Origin: Malacoraja senta
Taxonomy: Eukaryota
DNA: 64,000 nt
Reading direction: 5' to 3'
NCBI GenBank assembly: GCA_038087875.1
Contig: CM075977.1
Span: 362,638,001-362,702,000 of the forward strand
In this document: piece by piece, positions 1 through 11,075 of the stretch
Numbering within the stretch: the stretch's first letter is position 1
Layout: each line of letters starts with the position of its first letter
Program-made: the position numbers and the translations under genes
Notes under the pieces: model-generated
Seen by the model: the letters and a program-made list of their open reading frames with translations, nothing else
Databases searched by the model: none
What the model was told of the DNA's origin: nothing

Positions 1-4
1 TTCT

Positions 5-198
5 TGTGCTGGCAGCTCAGTCACGCAGGACTGGTGGTTGGGCAGCTCAGTCACTCAGGCCTGGTAGGCTGGCAGCTCATCACTCAGGCCTGGTGGGCTG
101 GCAGCTCAGTCACACAAGCCTGGTGGGCTGGCAGCTCAGTCACTCAGGCCTGGTGGGCTGGCAGTTCAGTCACTCAGGCCTGGTGGGCGGCAGCTCAG
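5..198. repeat. 30-bp minisatellite (GGCAGCTCAGTCACTCAGGCCTGGTGGGCT), about 6.5 copies
   Basis: GGCAG(C/T)TCA recurs at 11, 41, 71, 100, 130, 160 and 189. Confidence 0.95.
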
Positions 199-658
199 AA
201 ACTGCCAGAAATTCTGCGCAAAACAGGTGAGAGACTCTGTGAGAGAGAAGGGGGAGAGGGTGGAGAAACAATTTTAGACATTTTTCATCTTTTTCTGCAG
301 ATCACAGCAATGAAGGAGGAAAGTCTATTCCGGCCTGGATCTCACAGGGAGCCAATGAAGGGAGGGATAAAAATACTGGGGTGACGTTTATTTGAATATT
401 GTAGAAGAATACTTACTGATGGGCCAAAGGGACTCCTCCTGAGCTAGTACAGGCCTGATGGGCCAAAGGGACTCTTTATAAAAAAATATATTTAAAAAAT
501 GAGTGAAATCTCATTGAAAGGCACTATTTCTGGACTTTTCCTGTCCTGGCATGGGCCCTTTGGGCCAAAATGCTCCTCCTGGGCTAGTACGGGCATTTGG
601 GGCAAAAGGAACTGGTATCTCGGCTAATAGGGGCCTTGTGGGCCGAAATTAGTGGTTT

Positions 659-1322
659 CAGGCAGGCCAAACAACTCATTTAATTTCATTTCCATTTCAA
701 ATTCAAGCACAGGGTAGGCCAAACAGCTCAATGAATTTTCATTTCATATCCATTTCCATTGCTGTTTCAAGCACAGGGCAGGCCAAACAGCTCAGTGCAT
801 TTTCATTTCACTTCCATTGCCATTGCAGTTCAAGCACAGGGCAGGCCGAACAGCTCATTGCATTTTCATTTCACTTCCATTGCCATTGCAGTTTCAAGCA
901 CAGGACACTCCGAAAAGCTGATTGCATTTTCATTTCACTTCCATTGCCATTGCAGTTTCAAGCACAGGGCAGGCCGAACACCTCATTGCATTTTCATTTC
1001 ACTTCCATTGCCATTGCAGTTTCAAGCACAGGGCAGGCCGAACAGCTGATTGCATTGTCATTTCACTTCCATTGCCATTGCAGTTTCAAGTACAGGGCAG
1101 GCCGAACAGCTCATTGCATTTTCATTTTACATCCATTGCCATTGCAGTTTCAAACACAGGGCAGGCCGAACGGCTGATTGCATTTTCATTTCACTTCCAT
1201 TGCCATTGCAGTTTCAAGCACAGGGCAGGCCAAGCCAAACAGCTCATTGCATTTTCATTTCATTTCCATTGCCATTGAAGTTTCAAGCACAGGGCAGGCC
1301 AAACAGCTCATTGCATTTTCAT
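659..1322. repeat. 64-bp minisatellite (TCAAGCACAGGGCAGGCCRAACAGCTCATTGCATTTTCATTTCACTTCCATTGCCATTGCAGTT), about 10 copies
   Basis: Unit starts at 702, 767, 830, 894, 958, 1022, 1086, 1150, 1214 and 1283. Confidence 0.97.
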
Positions 1323-1683
1323 TAAGGGCTAACAAATTATTTATTTCAAGTACATTGCAGACTCACAGTTCAGTTGATTCACAGCTTAGAATGAGAGTCG
1401 TGGCCTCTCTCTTGCAGTGTGACTGAGTCATCTCCAGGCATCCGGGGTTTTATAGTCCTGCCTCCCCCCCCACCCACAGAAGGGGCATTACCTTCATCAC
1501 GGTGATTGACATGCGAGAGGATCTCAAGATAACTCAGCAGAGGAGGACTGTGAGTAAGATGGCCAAATATCATAGCGATGTATGGTAGCATTAATTCTAA
1601 AATCAATATACAGCGCGGACAGGAAGTGGTCAAGATGACACTTTTATTTATATAGAATTTGCATTGTGACTATTGTTCAGAAA

Positions 1684-3338
1684 ATGGGGAATGTCTCAGA
1701 GAAGGACCTATCAAATAGACCCGAAAGCCTGATAAGAATAATTTGCGAGAAACTTCCGCATGAAGCAGAAAAATTAAGAGTATTATCTGGAGAATTAAAT
1801 GGAGTTTTGAGGAGCAAACTTCCTGGCTGCTGGGTGGACTAAAATCTGTAATAGGCATAAACAACATAGAAACAATTCTTAGATGATATGGAAGCAGTGA
1901 AGAAGGGAATGAGCTAATTGAAATATGGAGAATGTTCTTCACTAGAAGAAAAATAAATAAAGAGATCGTTCTGCTTTCTACTCTAAGAATGGCAGCGTAC
2001 AAATTAGGGATTAGAGGGGAACACGAGAGAACTGGTCCTTCTCGAGATATTCAGGAACAGGTAAAGGAAGAGAGTGGAAGCCAACAGCAGGAGCAGGAGC
2101 AGGAGCAGGATAAGGAGAGAATACCAGCTTCTAAAAGAGAAACAACTGAGATGGCTCTTAAAGGGGAGGTGCCGACTAAAATGAAACTTATTAAATTTAC
2201 TAAGAGTGCAGCGGTATCTGTGGACCTCGAAGGGAGAGAGGCTCACAATATGCCAGGGTGGGTAGAATTTTTCGGAATGGAGCCACAGCATTTCTCACCG
2301 CACTCTCATGTTCTCAGTTCAGAGACACCATGCGCAGCTTGCGAGCAGGGCACTGGGGAGGAAGCAGCGGTATCTTCGACTCCTCCCACTAAATTCAAAT
2401 CCTAAGTGGAAAAATCAGGGAAGGATCTTCTAGCTCCTATAATTGCTCTATAAAGGCAATTCCTTTGCTAGATGCAGGAAAAAATTGTCCAATTTTGGGC
2501 GAGTCCAGAACCAGGGGCCACAGTCTTAGAATAAAGGGGAGGTCATTTAAGACTGAAGTGAGAAAAAGCGTTTTCACCCAGAGAGTTGTGAATTTATGGA
2601 ATTCACTGCCACAGAGGGCAGTGGAGGCCAATTCACTGGATGGATTTAAGAGAGAGTTAGATAGAGCTCTAGGGGCTAGTGGAGTCAAGGGATATGGGGA
2701 GAAGGCAAGCATGGGTTATTGATAGGGGACGATCAGCCATCATCACAATGAATGGCGGTGCTGGATCGAAGGGCCGAATGGCCTCCTCCTGCACCTAATT
2801 TCTATGTTTCTATGTTTCTATGCTCCACCATTGGAGGATAGTATGGGAGATCAAGGAGCTAGAAGGAATGTTCCGCCAAAGTGGGTACCAAAATTAATTA
2901 GGAAATCCAGTAGTGGGAAAGTGAAGGAATCCTTCGTGAAGTACAGAGATAGTACGAGTAGCTTTTCTGAGGGTGAGACAGCAGGAGGATATCGATCCTG
3001 ACATCGATAGTATTATTAGGTCGGAGCAATTTCCTGACGAAGGGGGTATAGAACGGATCCCCCGGAGGCAATTCCTTTGCAGGAAGCTGCCTACTCCACC
3101 TCTGGTATTAGGTCCTGCAGTAGGTGTAAGTAATCCCCGAGCCACAGACGTCCACATTGTAATGCAACCTGGTCTGACGGCAGCTCAGAGACCCGTATTA
3201 AGAATTCAGAAGTGGGAAATAACTTCGGAGGAAGATGAGGAGGAGGAGGAACTTAAAGCTTGGATAGACATGCCATTCCGAGAGCCGACTTTTCCTCAGT
3301 TTGATTGGAGAGGGTATAGAGCTGTTAGACCTGATTAG
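1684..3338 (+). pseudogene. gag: Truncated Gag (MA, p12-like region, first residues of CA); frameshifted and interrupted by a HER1 fragment
   Basis: ATG 1684 gives MGNVSEKDLSNRPESLIRIICEKLPHEAEKLRVLSGELN...ELIEIWRMFF, matching ERV-B MGNHANKDMTADSESPLQEICSEFPQKADRLRILSGSLN...ELIELWRNYY. Further on, RQFLCRKLPTP..AVGVSNPRAT matches RSFPVREMPNP..AVSANNPRTI. Confidence 0.8.
2467..2822 (+). mobile_element. HER1/CR1-type LINE, 3' fragment
   Basis: ORF2 C-terminus SRTRGHSLRIKG..FTQRVVNLWNSLP..GYGEKA, followed by the 3' UTR and a (CTATGTTT)n tail. Confidence 0.92.
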
Positions 3339-3768
3339 TGCTACAACTGTCGCGAATTAGGATATTGGAGCCGATCGTGTCCTGTGAGGGAACATCGAAA
3401 AGGAAGGGGGCAAAGAAGAGGGCCACGGGTTTTCAGAAATCAGTGGATCCCGAGAGGTTACCTGGACACTTGGGACCCCGAGGGTGGAGGAAGAGGACAC
3501 TGGCCATGAGATCAGGGGGCAGGGACATTCTGGCAACCGAACCCATTCCGCTATCCCTAACCTGCCAGCAAATACAACATATGAAATCTGAAGGCATCCT
3601 TATACGGCGCAAAAATAACAATACAAACCAGTAAGAACATCACCCCCTTCCAAATCCTATGAGGAGAGACACAAAGAATCTAATTGGAATCGAGAAACCT
3701 CACTAAAAGGAAGGACTATGAAAAGAGAAACATAGTAACTGTTGGCAACGAGAATGGGAACTAACTAT

Positions 3769-4870
3769 GTAAGTAAGTAAGTAAGTTTATTGGCCAAGTA
3801 TTCACATACAAGTAATTTGCCTTGGTGCTCCGCCCACAAGTAACAACATGACATACAGGGACAGTTACGAATGACTCAGAAAACACTAAACATTAATAAT
3901 ACTAAAACATTAATGATAAAACACTATTGATCAAGCAGCTGAACCACAAAATACCAGTTCAAAGGGAGGCTACAGATTTTTGGTTGTTGAGTAGAGCAAC
4001 TACTCGTGGATAAAATCTGTTTTTATGTCTGGCTGTGGTAGCTTTGACAGTCCGGAGTGTGAGAGGGGTCAGAGATGATCTTGCCCACTCACTTCCTGGC
4101 CCTTGCAGTGTACAGTTCATCAATGGAGGGAAGGTTGCAGCCAATGACCTTCTCTGCTGATTGGATGATTCATTGGAGCCTCCAGGTGTCGTGCTTGGTG
4201 GCTGAGCCAAACCAGACCATGATGGAGAAGGTGAGAACAGACTCTAAGCTGGACCATCATTGCCTGAGGCAGATTGTGCTTCCTCAGCTGCTGTAGGAAG
4301 TACATCCTCTGTTGTGCCTTTTTGAATGTGGAGTCGATGGTAGCCCCCCACTTAAGGTCCTTGGAGATGATGGTTCACAGGAACTGAAAAGACTCCACAG
4401 ATGTGACTGTGGTGTTGTTGATGGTGAGTGGGGTGAGGGGAGGGGGAGCTCTCCTAAAGTCTACAATTAATTCCACTGTCTTAAGAGCATTGAGCTCCAG
4501 GTTGTTGCGATGGCACCAGGACGCCAGTTCCGACACTTCGTGTCTCTAGGCAGATTCCACCCCATCCTGGATCAGTCCAATCAGGGTTGTGTCGTCCGCA
4601 AACTTGAGAAGCTTGACAGAGGTGTCTGTGGAGTCTTTGGTGTAGAGTGAGTAGAGGAGAGGAGAGAGTACGCAGCTTTGCGGTGCTCCTATGCTGAGTG
4701 TTTGCGGGTCCGAGATGTGCTTTCCCAGCCTCACATGCTGCTTCCTGTCTGTTAGGAAGCTGGTGATCCACCGACAGAGGGGTTCAGGCACAGTCAACTC
4801 GGAAAGTTTGGAGTGTAGTAGCTCTGGCACAATGGTGTTGAATGCAGAGCTAAAATCAACAAACAGGATC
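3769..4870 (-). mobile_element. Rex1/Babar-type LINE, 5'-truncated
   Basis: RT motifs ILFVDFSSAFNTIVP, GAPQSCVLSPLLYSLYT and KFADDTT; (TTAC)n tail at 3769-3785. Confidence 0.85.
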
Positions 4871-5273
4871 ATAAGGAGAACTGAAATGGCACTAGGGAGA
4901 GAAGAAACAAACTTATTGTGCAGGAGGTATGGGAGTGAGGAAAGGAGCTATTGTACTAACTTGTTACTAAGTTTGTGCCTGCAGGACAGTATAATCAACA
5001 ACATGTTATCTGGGGAGTGAAGTAATAAATATACAGACCCCTTGAGAATGGGCAGAAGACAGCTCCCCAGAAACAGGAACCAACAAGAAGAAGAAAATAA
5101 TACTGTCCTGTCCCTTTAAGACAGATCTGGGAAGGCCAACAGATAGAGAAAGCTGCTCCTCAGTATCCCTACTCCTTTGAAACTGACATCAAGGAAGAAG
5201 AAAAAGATACTTAACCAGGTGCACAACTTTAACATCATCTAGCTTTTGACACCAGTGAAAGAAAGGAGAGTAA

Positions 5274-5961
5274 AGGGCCTGTCTCACTTGGGCTGTCACT
5301 TACGCGACAGGCCGTTAGTGACGGTCACGCGATGGTCCCGCGAGAGTCGCGCGCTTCATCATGCGCCCGCACAGCCGTCTGGAGCATGTGACGTCATTTG
5401 AAGATGGACACAAAATGCAGGAGTAACTCAGCGGGACCCGCAGCATCTCTGGAGAGAAGGAATGGATGATGTTTCGGGTCGAGACCCTTCTTCATTCTGA
5501 AAGAAGGGTCTTGACCCGAAACGTCACCCATTGCTTCTCTCCAGAGATGCTGCCGGACCCGCTGAGTTACTCCAGAATTTTGTGTCTATCTTCAATCTTC
5601 TTGGCCCCGCTCTGGGAGTAGGAGTGGGGGCGGATCCGGATCCGCAACGGCCGTGAGCCCCATGCTGAGTTCGACGATCGTTTGCCTGCTTCTGCTGCTG
5701 TTGTAGGTGAGATGTTGTGTCGCGCCAGGGGCTTGTGCCTGTCCCACTTTGGCCTTCAGTTACTCAACAGGCCGGTGGCGCGCGAAGATTTCGTGCAGGA
5801 CGAAGTCCACACTCCTACACGCCACTCCACACTCCTCCACACCACTCCATGCACCAGTCCCCGCGCTACCCACATGCTACCCACGCGCTACCCACATGCT
5901 ACCTACATGCTAGCAGGTCGCTTAAATGGTGCGGGAAAGACAGCCAAGTGGGACAGGCCCT
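5274..5961. mobile_element. PIF/Harbinger-type MITE
   Basis: 18-bp TIRs AGGGCCTGTC(T/C)CACTTGG at 5274-5291 and 5944-5961; 3-bp TAA TSD at 5271-5273 and 5962-5964. Confidence 0.88.
5398..5595. repeat. Head-to-head inverted pair of Penelope-derived short repeats (about 200-bp palindrome) with two degenerate hammerhead motifs
   Basis: Arms TTGAAGATGGACACAAAA...GACCCTTCTTCA and TGAAAGAAGGGTC...TTTTGTGTCTATCTTCAA are near-perfect reverse complements. Confidence 0.85.
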
Positions 5962-6529
5962 TAACACTATCCAAGATTTCCTAAAGAAACAACACCAACA
6001 ACCTATGACGACTATTGGGACGAGTTCCACTTTAAAGAACTGAATTTGAATTTGGAAAAATACATTCCTACGTGGTTTGGGGGTAAAACACTTACTTTGT
6101 GTCTAAATTATGATTATTAGAAATAAATTTATAAAATTTTGATTTCGGTCTCTAAATTGTATGATAATGAATTGGAGGGACTTTAAACTTTCAGATTTTG
6201 AACTGACTTGTGAGATTTGGCTTAGGAATATTTGGAGTTTGATTATTAATTGATATTGTTATTGTCTTATCCCCAGACAGGCATCCAAAGATGGGAAGGA
6301 TTATTCAGAGAACATCAGGAAGGATGGAACTTGGGAAGATCTGGTAACATGGAAATTATTCAGGGAACATGAGAGTTGGAATTGGAAATACTCAAAAGAG
6401 GAACTGTGAACAGCAAGACTTCCCTTTAAGAGACCAGACTAGAAAGTACTCAGTGGTTAGGAAACTAGTATAAGAAAAACCCCTATGGACTGAGAGCCGA
6501 GCCAACATACTAAGGAAGAAGTACTGGAG

Positions 6530-6960
6530 GAGAAGTTTATTGAATTAGAAGGAGAAACTTGAATGTGTGTGGAGATATCAGAGTCGATGTATTTGACCGA
6601 TGGATCTAAATTGTTTAACCCTTGATAGTAAAACGGCTTCGATTATCAAGGTGGAAAGAAATTGTCCCTAGAATTAGCATTCTTAATAGGATTTATGATG
6701 AAACTGACAACATATGGAAATTGATTGATTAAATTTGAACAGCTGGGAATTCCACAAGAATTGGAATGGAATTGTATTATCGGCCACAATGCTGTGGAAT
6801 GAGAAGGATGACACGAACACTGAAATTTAGAATATTAAATTGAAGGCTGAGACTGAATTTGGTTGCATTGAAACATTTTTCATGGTTTGCTTTAAATAAG
6901 AGTCACGCCTGTAGGGAAATCTGGACTGAACCCAGCTGAAATTTATATGAGAAACCATCA
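6530..6960 (+). pseudogene. pol: Heavily eroded integrase-core remnant of ERV-A
   Basis: Collinear DNA patches match the ERV-B integrase: TTATTGAATTAGAAG, GTCGATGTATTTGACCGATGGATC, TGTCCCTAGAATTAGCATTC, GAACAGCTGGGAATTC, AGAGTCACGC..CCCAGCTGAAATT. Confidence 0.75.
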
Positions 6961-7479
6961 TCAGATATACATATTACAACCTCATGTGAATACGGAGAGA
7001 GCTGATTAGTGTTGATCATAGGATAGTAAAGAGTATATTATAGAACAGAATAGTAGTAGGAGTACAGTGATAGTGTAGAATATAATAGAGCAGAATAGTG
7101 TAATGGGAAAGGGATAGTATTGCAGAACTACAGTGAATGTATGGGGAAGCATTAGTACATGAGTGGTAACTTGCTTTGTCCCAAGTTTTTCAGGAATTGT
7201 AGGTTATAGGTTAGACTATGGAAAGGGATGAAAGAAAGGGCAACAACACCAATGGAGGGAATTTTCGCCCACGAAAACTCGGGAGGTGAAGACTCATCAG
7301 ACGGAAATTGTGAAGCTATGCCTACAAAAACTCGGGAAGCTTGACAAGATTCTGGGAAGAAACATCATCATCTTGTTGTTGTTAATAGATGGAGAATGTA
7401 ATAGACACACATATGCATATCTGGTTTTCTGATTATCTGACTATTTAATTATCATAAATGATGGTTTATCATATATGAT

Positions 7480-8265
7480 AAAAGGAAGGAATGTTAATTC
7501 TGGCCAAATTGGAGAGGCCAGGACACTAAAATTGAGTAAAGGCTTCTGGGCTGCTAGGCTATTTGGTCAATTTAAATGTGCCTTCTGCAGAAAGAGGACA
7601 AGCTTCAGAATGGTGCCAGTTTGTCTAGAGCCTAAATAAGAGCTGCAGGAAGAGAATGGTAACATCTGCAGATCCTGACAATTAGGTGCAAATTGCATAG
7701 AATGGATTGGATGAATGCAAACCAGACATACACATTGTATATAATGTTGTAAAGCTTTGCTTTGCTAGATGTTGATTGGATTAAGTATTGAGCGTTGTCT
7801 GGGTTTCTTGAATATCAAGGCACATGTTGCGATGTTTGTTTCCACTTTGGAAGCACTGTTTCAACACATTGTATTAGTTACTGTATTATTGGGTTGGGGA
7901 AATGTCTATCATATACTGTATTAATCAATATCTGTTGGACTGTATAGAGACTGTATAGAGACCACCCCTATGTGGTTCGTCCCCTCAAGGTTCGGGGACC
8001 TATAAAAGACCGCTCCCACGAGGTCCTGTGTCGATCTTCTGGGTGAATGCTTAGGACTGCGTGACCCTCTGGAGTGTCTCTACTTGAACGAGGCTAAAGA
8101 GGGCTTGATCAGGCACATATGAGGATCAAACCCGCGGTGGTTAGGTATAGTAGAGGAACTGTAATTGTGTTTTGTCAAAATATAGTTTAGATGCGCAAGT
8201 GCTTGACTCAGTCATTTTTGACTGAAACTAGACTGGGGGGCAGCTTAGAACAAGCTATTTAAACA
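7480..8265 (+). promoter_or_regulatory. PPT (7480-7491) and 3' LTR (7492-8265) of ERV-A
   Basis: AAAAGGAAGGAA then TGTTAA...TTTAAACA; TATAAAA at 8001; the 3' half is homologous to the ERV-B LTRs. Confidence 0.88.
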
Positions 8266-9246
8266 AACAACTACAGTTTCTGGTTAACACACCAAGAACA
8301 CAAAGTGCTGGAGTAACTCAGCCGGTTAGGCAGCATCTCTGGAAACATGGATAGGTGATGTTTCAGGATGAGATCCTTCTTCAAACTATCGGTCCAGAAA
8401 AGGGCCTGGAATCCAGGAGAGTTGATGGCCCTGGCCTGCTGGTAGCTAGGAGAGAGGCAAGGATCAACAGACTCCATGGTTGCAGCCGTAGTGCAGGTAA
8501 GGGTCAGTGATGGCATTGAGGCACCAGGCGTGGCCTGGAAATGGCCATGGAAACTGTGTGGACTGGTGGTGGCGGCACATCACTGGTTACACTAAATATT
8601 TCATGTTTCAGTGTCCCATTTCAGAAGGATATGGAGGTTACAGAACAAAATTATTTGGATGTGGGAACGAAGAACTGCAGATGCTAGTTAAACACAAATT
8701 GACACAAAGTGCTTGTATACCTCAACAAGTCAAGCAGCATTTCTGGAGTACGTGGATAGGTGACTATTTGGGATGAGACCCTTCGATCTGAAATGCCTGC
8801 TGAGTTATTCCAGCAGTTTTTGTCATTTTGCGAATTATTTGAATGACAGCAGGAATAAGATGCTTTAGAAATGAAGAGAAGGATATTTAGAAAGTCTCCT
8901 ATTCTAAGCCCAAATTGGACAAAAACAGTTAGGGCAAATAAAATGAAATAGGGCAAGTCACCACTCTTTTTAGACTCGTGCATCACTTAAATTTGGTGGA
9001 TGAACTGACAGTCAAAATCCCACTTGGGTAATGGACATTTTGCCAATTAAACGTTAACATTTGACCAAGTAATTTGACCATGGTTTGAGAAGTCTCACCT
9101 CTGCAAAACATCTATTGAAATTATTCATGACATTTCAAACATTTAATTTGATATATTTAATTTGATGTTGTCTGAAAAGCTGTTACTCCAGTATGTTGTG
9201 TCTTTTTTTTGTAAACTAGCATATGCTTTTCCTTGTGCATTCAAAA

Positions 9247-9850
9247 ATTACAGCAGGATCTGGATCAGCTGGGCAAGCGGGCTGAGGAATGGCACATGAA
9301 GTTTAATGCAGAGTTGAAGAGTTGGTATGTCCCATTTGCGTAATGCTCATAAAAATATTTGTTTCTCTCTTTTTCCTCTTTCTCTTTCTCTTTCTTTTCT
9401 AGGGTCTATTTCTTAACTCTTTTTCTTTTGTTTTTAATTTTGTTCTTATAGGGTCTTTGTCCTTTTTGTTGTCACATTTTCTACACTCTCACTTTTTCCT
9501 TCACTTTCTTCTTTCTTTCAATCTTTTCCTTTTCTAGTGTAAAAAATAAATGGAGTACATTAATTGTAAGAAAACATAAGTGACGAGTACTAATGTATGT
9601 GGTTGTAATGTAATGTACTTCTAATAAATATATATATATTTTTTTTAAATAAAAAAAAAGTTTAATGCAGATACTGTAAGTGTGAGGTGTTGCATTTTTG
9701 GAAGTAAAACCAGGACAGGACCTTCACAGTGAATGGCAGAGCCCTGGGAGTGTTGTAGAGCAGAGGAATCTCAAAGTATAGGTTCATAGTTCCCATTAAA
9801 GTGGTGTCACACGTGGAATAGGGGTGGTCAACAAGTCTTTCCCTGGCTTC
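9247..9850 (+). mobile_element. Old CR1/HER1-like LINE fragment split by an L1 insertion
   Basis: LQQDLDQLGK.AEEW.MKFNA|..CEVLHF homology on both sides of the L1. Confidence 0.7.
9313..9657 (+). mobile_element. L1 3' UTR fragment with poly(A) and 14-bp TSD
   Basis: Near-identical to 25074-25417; TSD AAGTTTAATGCAGA at 9299-9312 and 9658-9671. Confidence 0.92.
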
Positions 9851-10821
9851 TGATTTAGAATAGAGTCGATTATGAAAGCTTTTAAAAGGTCTTTTGTGAA
9901 GCAAATAAACAGGAAAAGAAAATGCATTAAAAAGATGATGATAAATGTAGTGTGGAAATTTCAGCTGAAATTACAGCTCTGACAATCAGTTTACTTAAAG
10001 CGCTAGTTAAAATATCCTCTAATGTTTTACTAGATGTTTTACTAGAATGGATAAAGATGAGATTTGATATTCATCAGAATGATGGCTAGTTTTGGCAAGT
10101 AAGGAAAATTATTTCAAATGATCATTGAGGTGGTAATTAAATGACACAAATTTAATTTCCTCACAAGCCAAACACAGAGATCTTAGTAGAGGCAGAATCC
10201 ATAATAGCTTTAAAAAAGTAGTGAAATACGTGGAAAAAAAAATGATACATGGGAATGCAACATTAAATTCATAAAACGTTATTGATTCAACCTCCAGTTT
10301 GCATCATGCCTGGCTTTCCTGCCATTGAAGTCTGAAGATCCAGCTCCATATCTCTTTCAGCAGGCCAGCATAGGTGTTAGCTGAATGAGTTTGGTGCTGT
10401 AAATTCCTGTGATTCTGCAATTTCATTTCCACTGCTCAGTGAATTGGTAATGTATGATATAGTCTCCCTGCCACTTTAAATGAGTTTTCTAGATTTATCC
10501 ATCTTGCATTCATGCAATCTCAAAATTCCAGAAGCAATTACCAGCAAGGATTCAGACAATGGAGCACTGTAAATGGCCCTAGGATCATTCTGCTTTTACT
10601 TTTCATTGACTTGGCTACCATTGACAGACTCTGCTTAGTTCCACAGCATTTCAGCAAAATTGTAGCCTGGCTTATACAGCACATTACTGTCTTGGGAAGA
10701 AAAGCAACACAAGTAAATAAATCTAACTGACAAAAACAGTTTGAGACCAAATGTTGTGTCTCCGCACTATAATGATGTGATATTAACTTCCCTCTTTAAA
10801 ACATAGCAAAGGTATAAATAT

Positions 10822-11075
10822 AAGATATAGGACCAGAATTACAGAATAGGACCAGCCCATCAAGTCAGCTCTTCCATTTGATCATGATTGATATATTTTA
10901 TCCTCTCAACCCCATTCTCCTGCCTATTCCCCATAACCTTTGCCACCTTTACTAATCAAGAACCTATCAATCTCTGCTTTAAAAATATGACTTGGCCTCC
11001 ACCACTGTCTGTGGCAATGAATTCCACAGATTCACCACCTTCTGGCTAAAGACTTTATTTCTCATTTCCTTTCTA
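10822..11075 (-). mobile_element. Degraded HER1/CR1 3' fragment
   Basis: Reverse-complement match to the HER1 ORF2 end and 3' UTR (GAATCTGTGGAATTC, TATGGGGAATAGGCAGG). Confidence 0.7.

Larger units (their letters stand above)
1..1656 (-). mobile_element. Non-autonomous Helitron-like element, 5' end; continues off the left edge; contains two minisatellites
   Basis: The minus strand starts TCTATATAAATAAAAG at 1656, the TC-TATAT-AATAAAAG type of Helitron 5' terminus. Internal tandem arrays are typical of Helitrons. The 3' hairpin/CTAG end is not in the window, and the flanking base is T rather than the expected A. Confidence 0.55.
1657..8265 (+). mobile_element. ERV-A: non-autonomous, env-less class I ERV derivative (5' LTR outside the window)
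   Basis: Gag N-terminus homologous to ERV-B at 1684; eroded integrase homology at 6530-6960; conserved 3' block at 7170-7480; PPT and 3' LTR at 7480-8265. No recognisable RT or RNase H. Confidence 0.85.

Noticed and set aside
659-1322. CRISPR-like regular repeat and the His/Phe-rich ORFs across it
   Set aside because: Units are contiguous with no unique spacers and the context is eukaryotic; the ORFs are artefacts of a 64-bp period.
5100-5145. DRSGK in ERV-A as a remnant of the 2H domain
   Set aside because: Only a 5-residue match with no HxT motifs; insufficient.
7255-7310. Antisense hammerhead (CTGATGAG...CGAAA) in the ERV-A 3' block
   Set aside because: Stems I and III cannot be formed, and the core is not conserved in ERV-B (CTGATAAG) or ERV-C (CTAATGAG).
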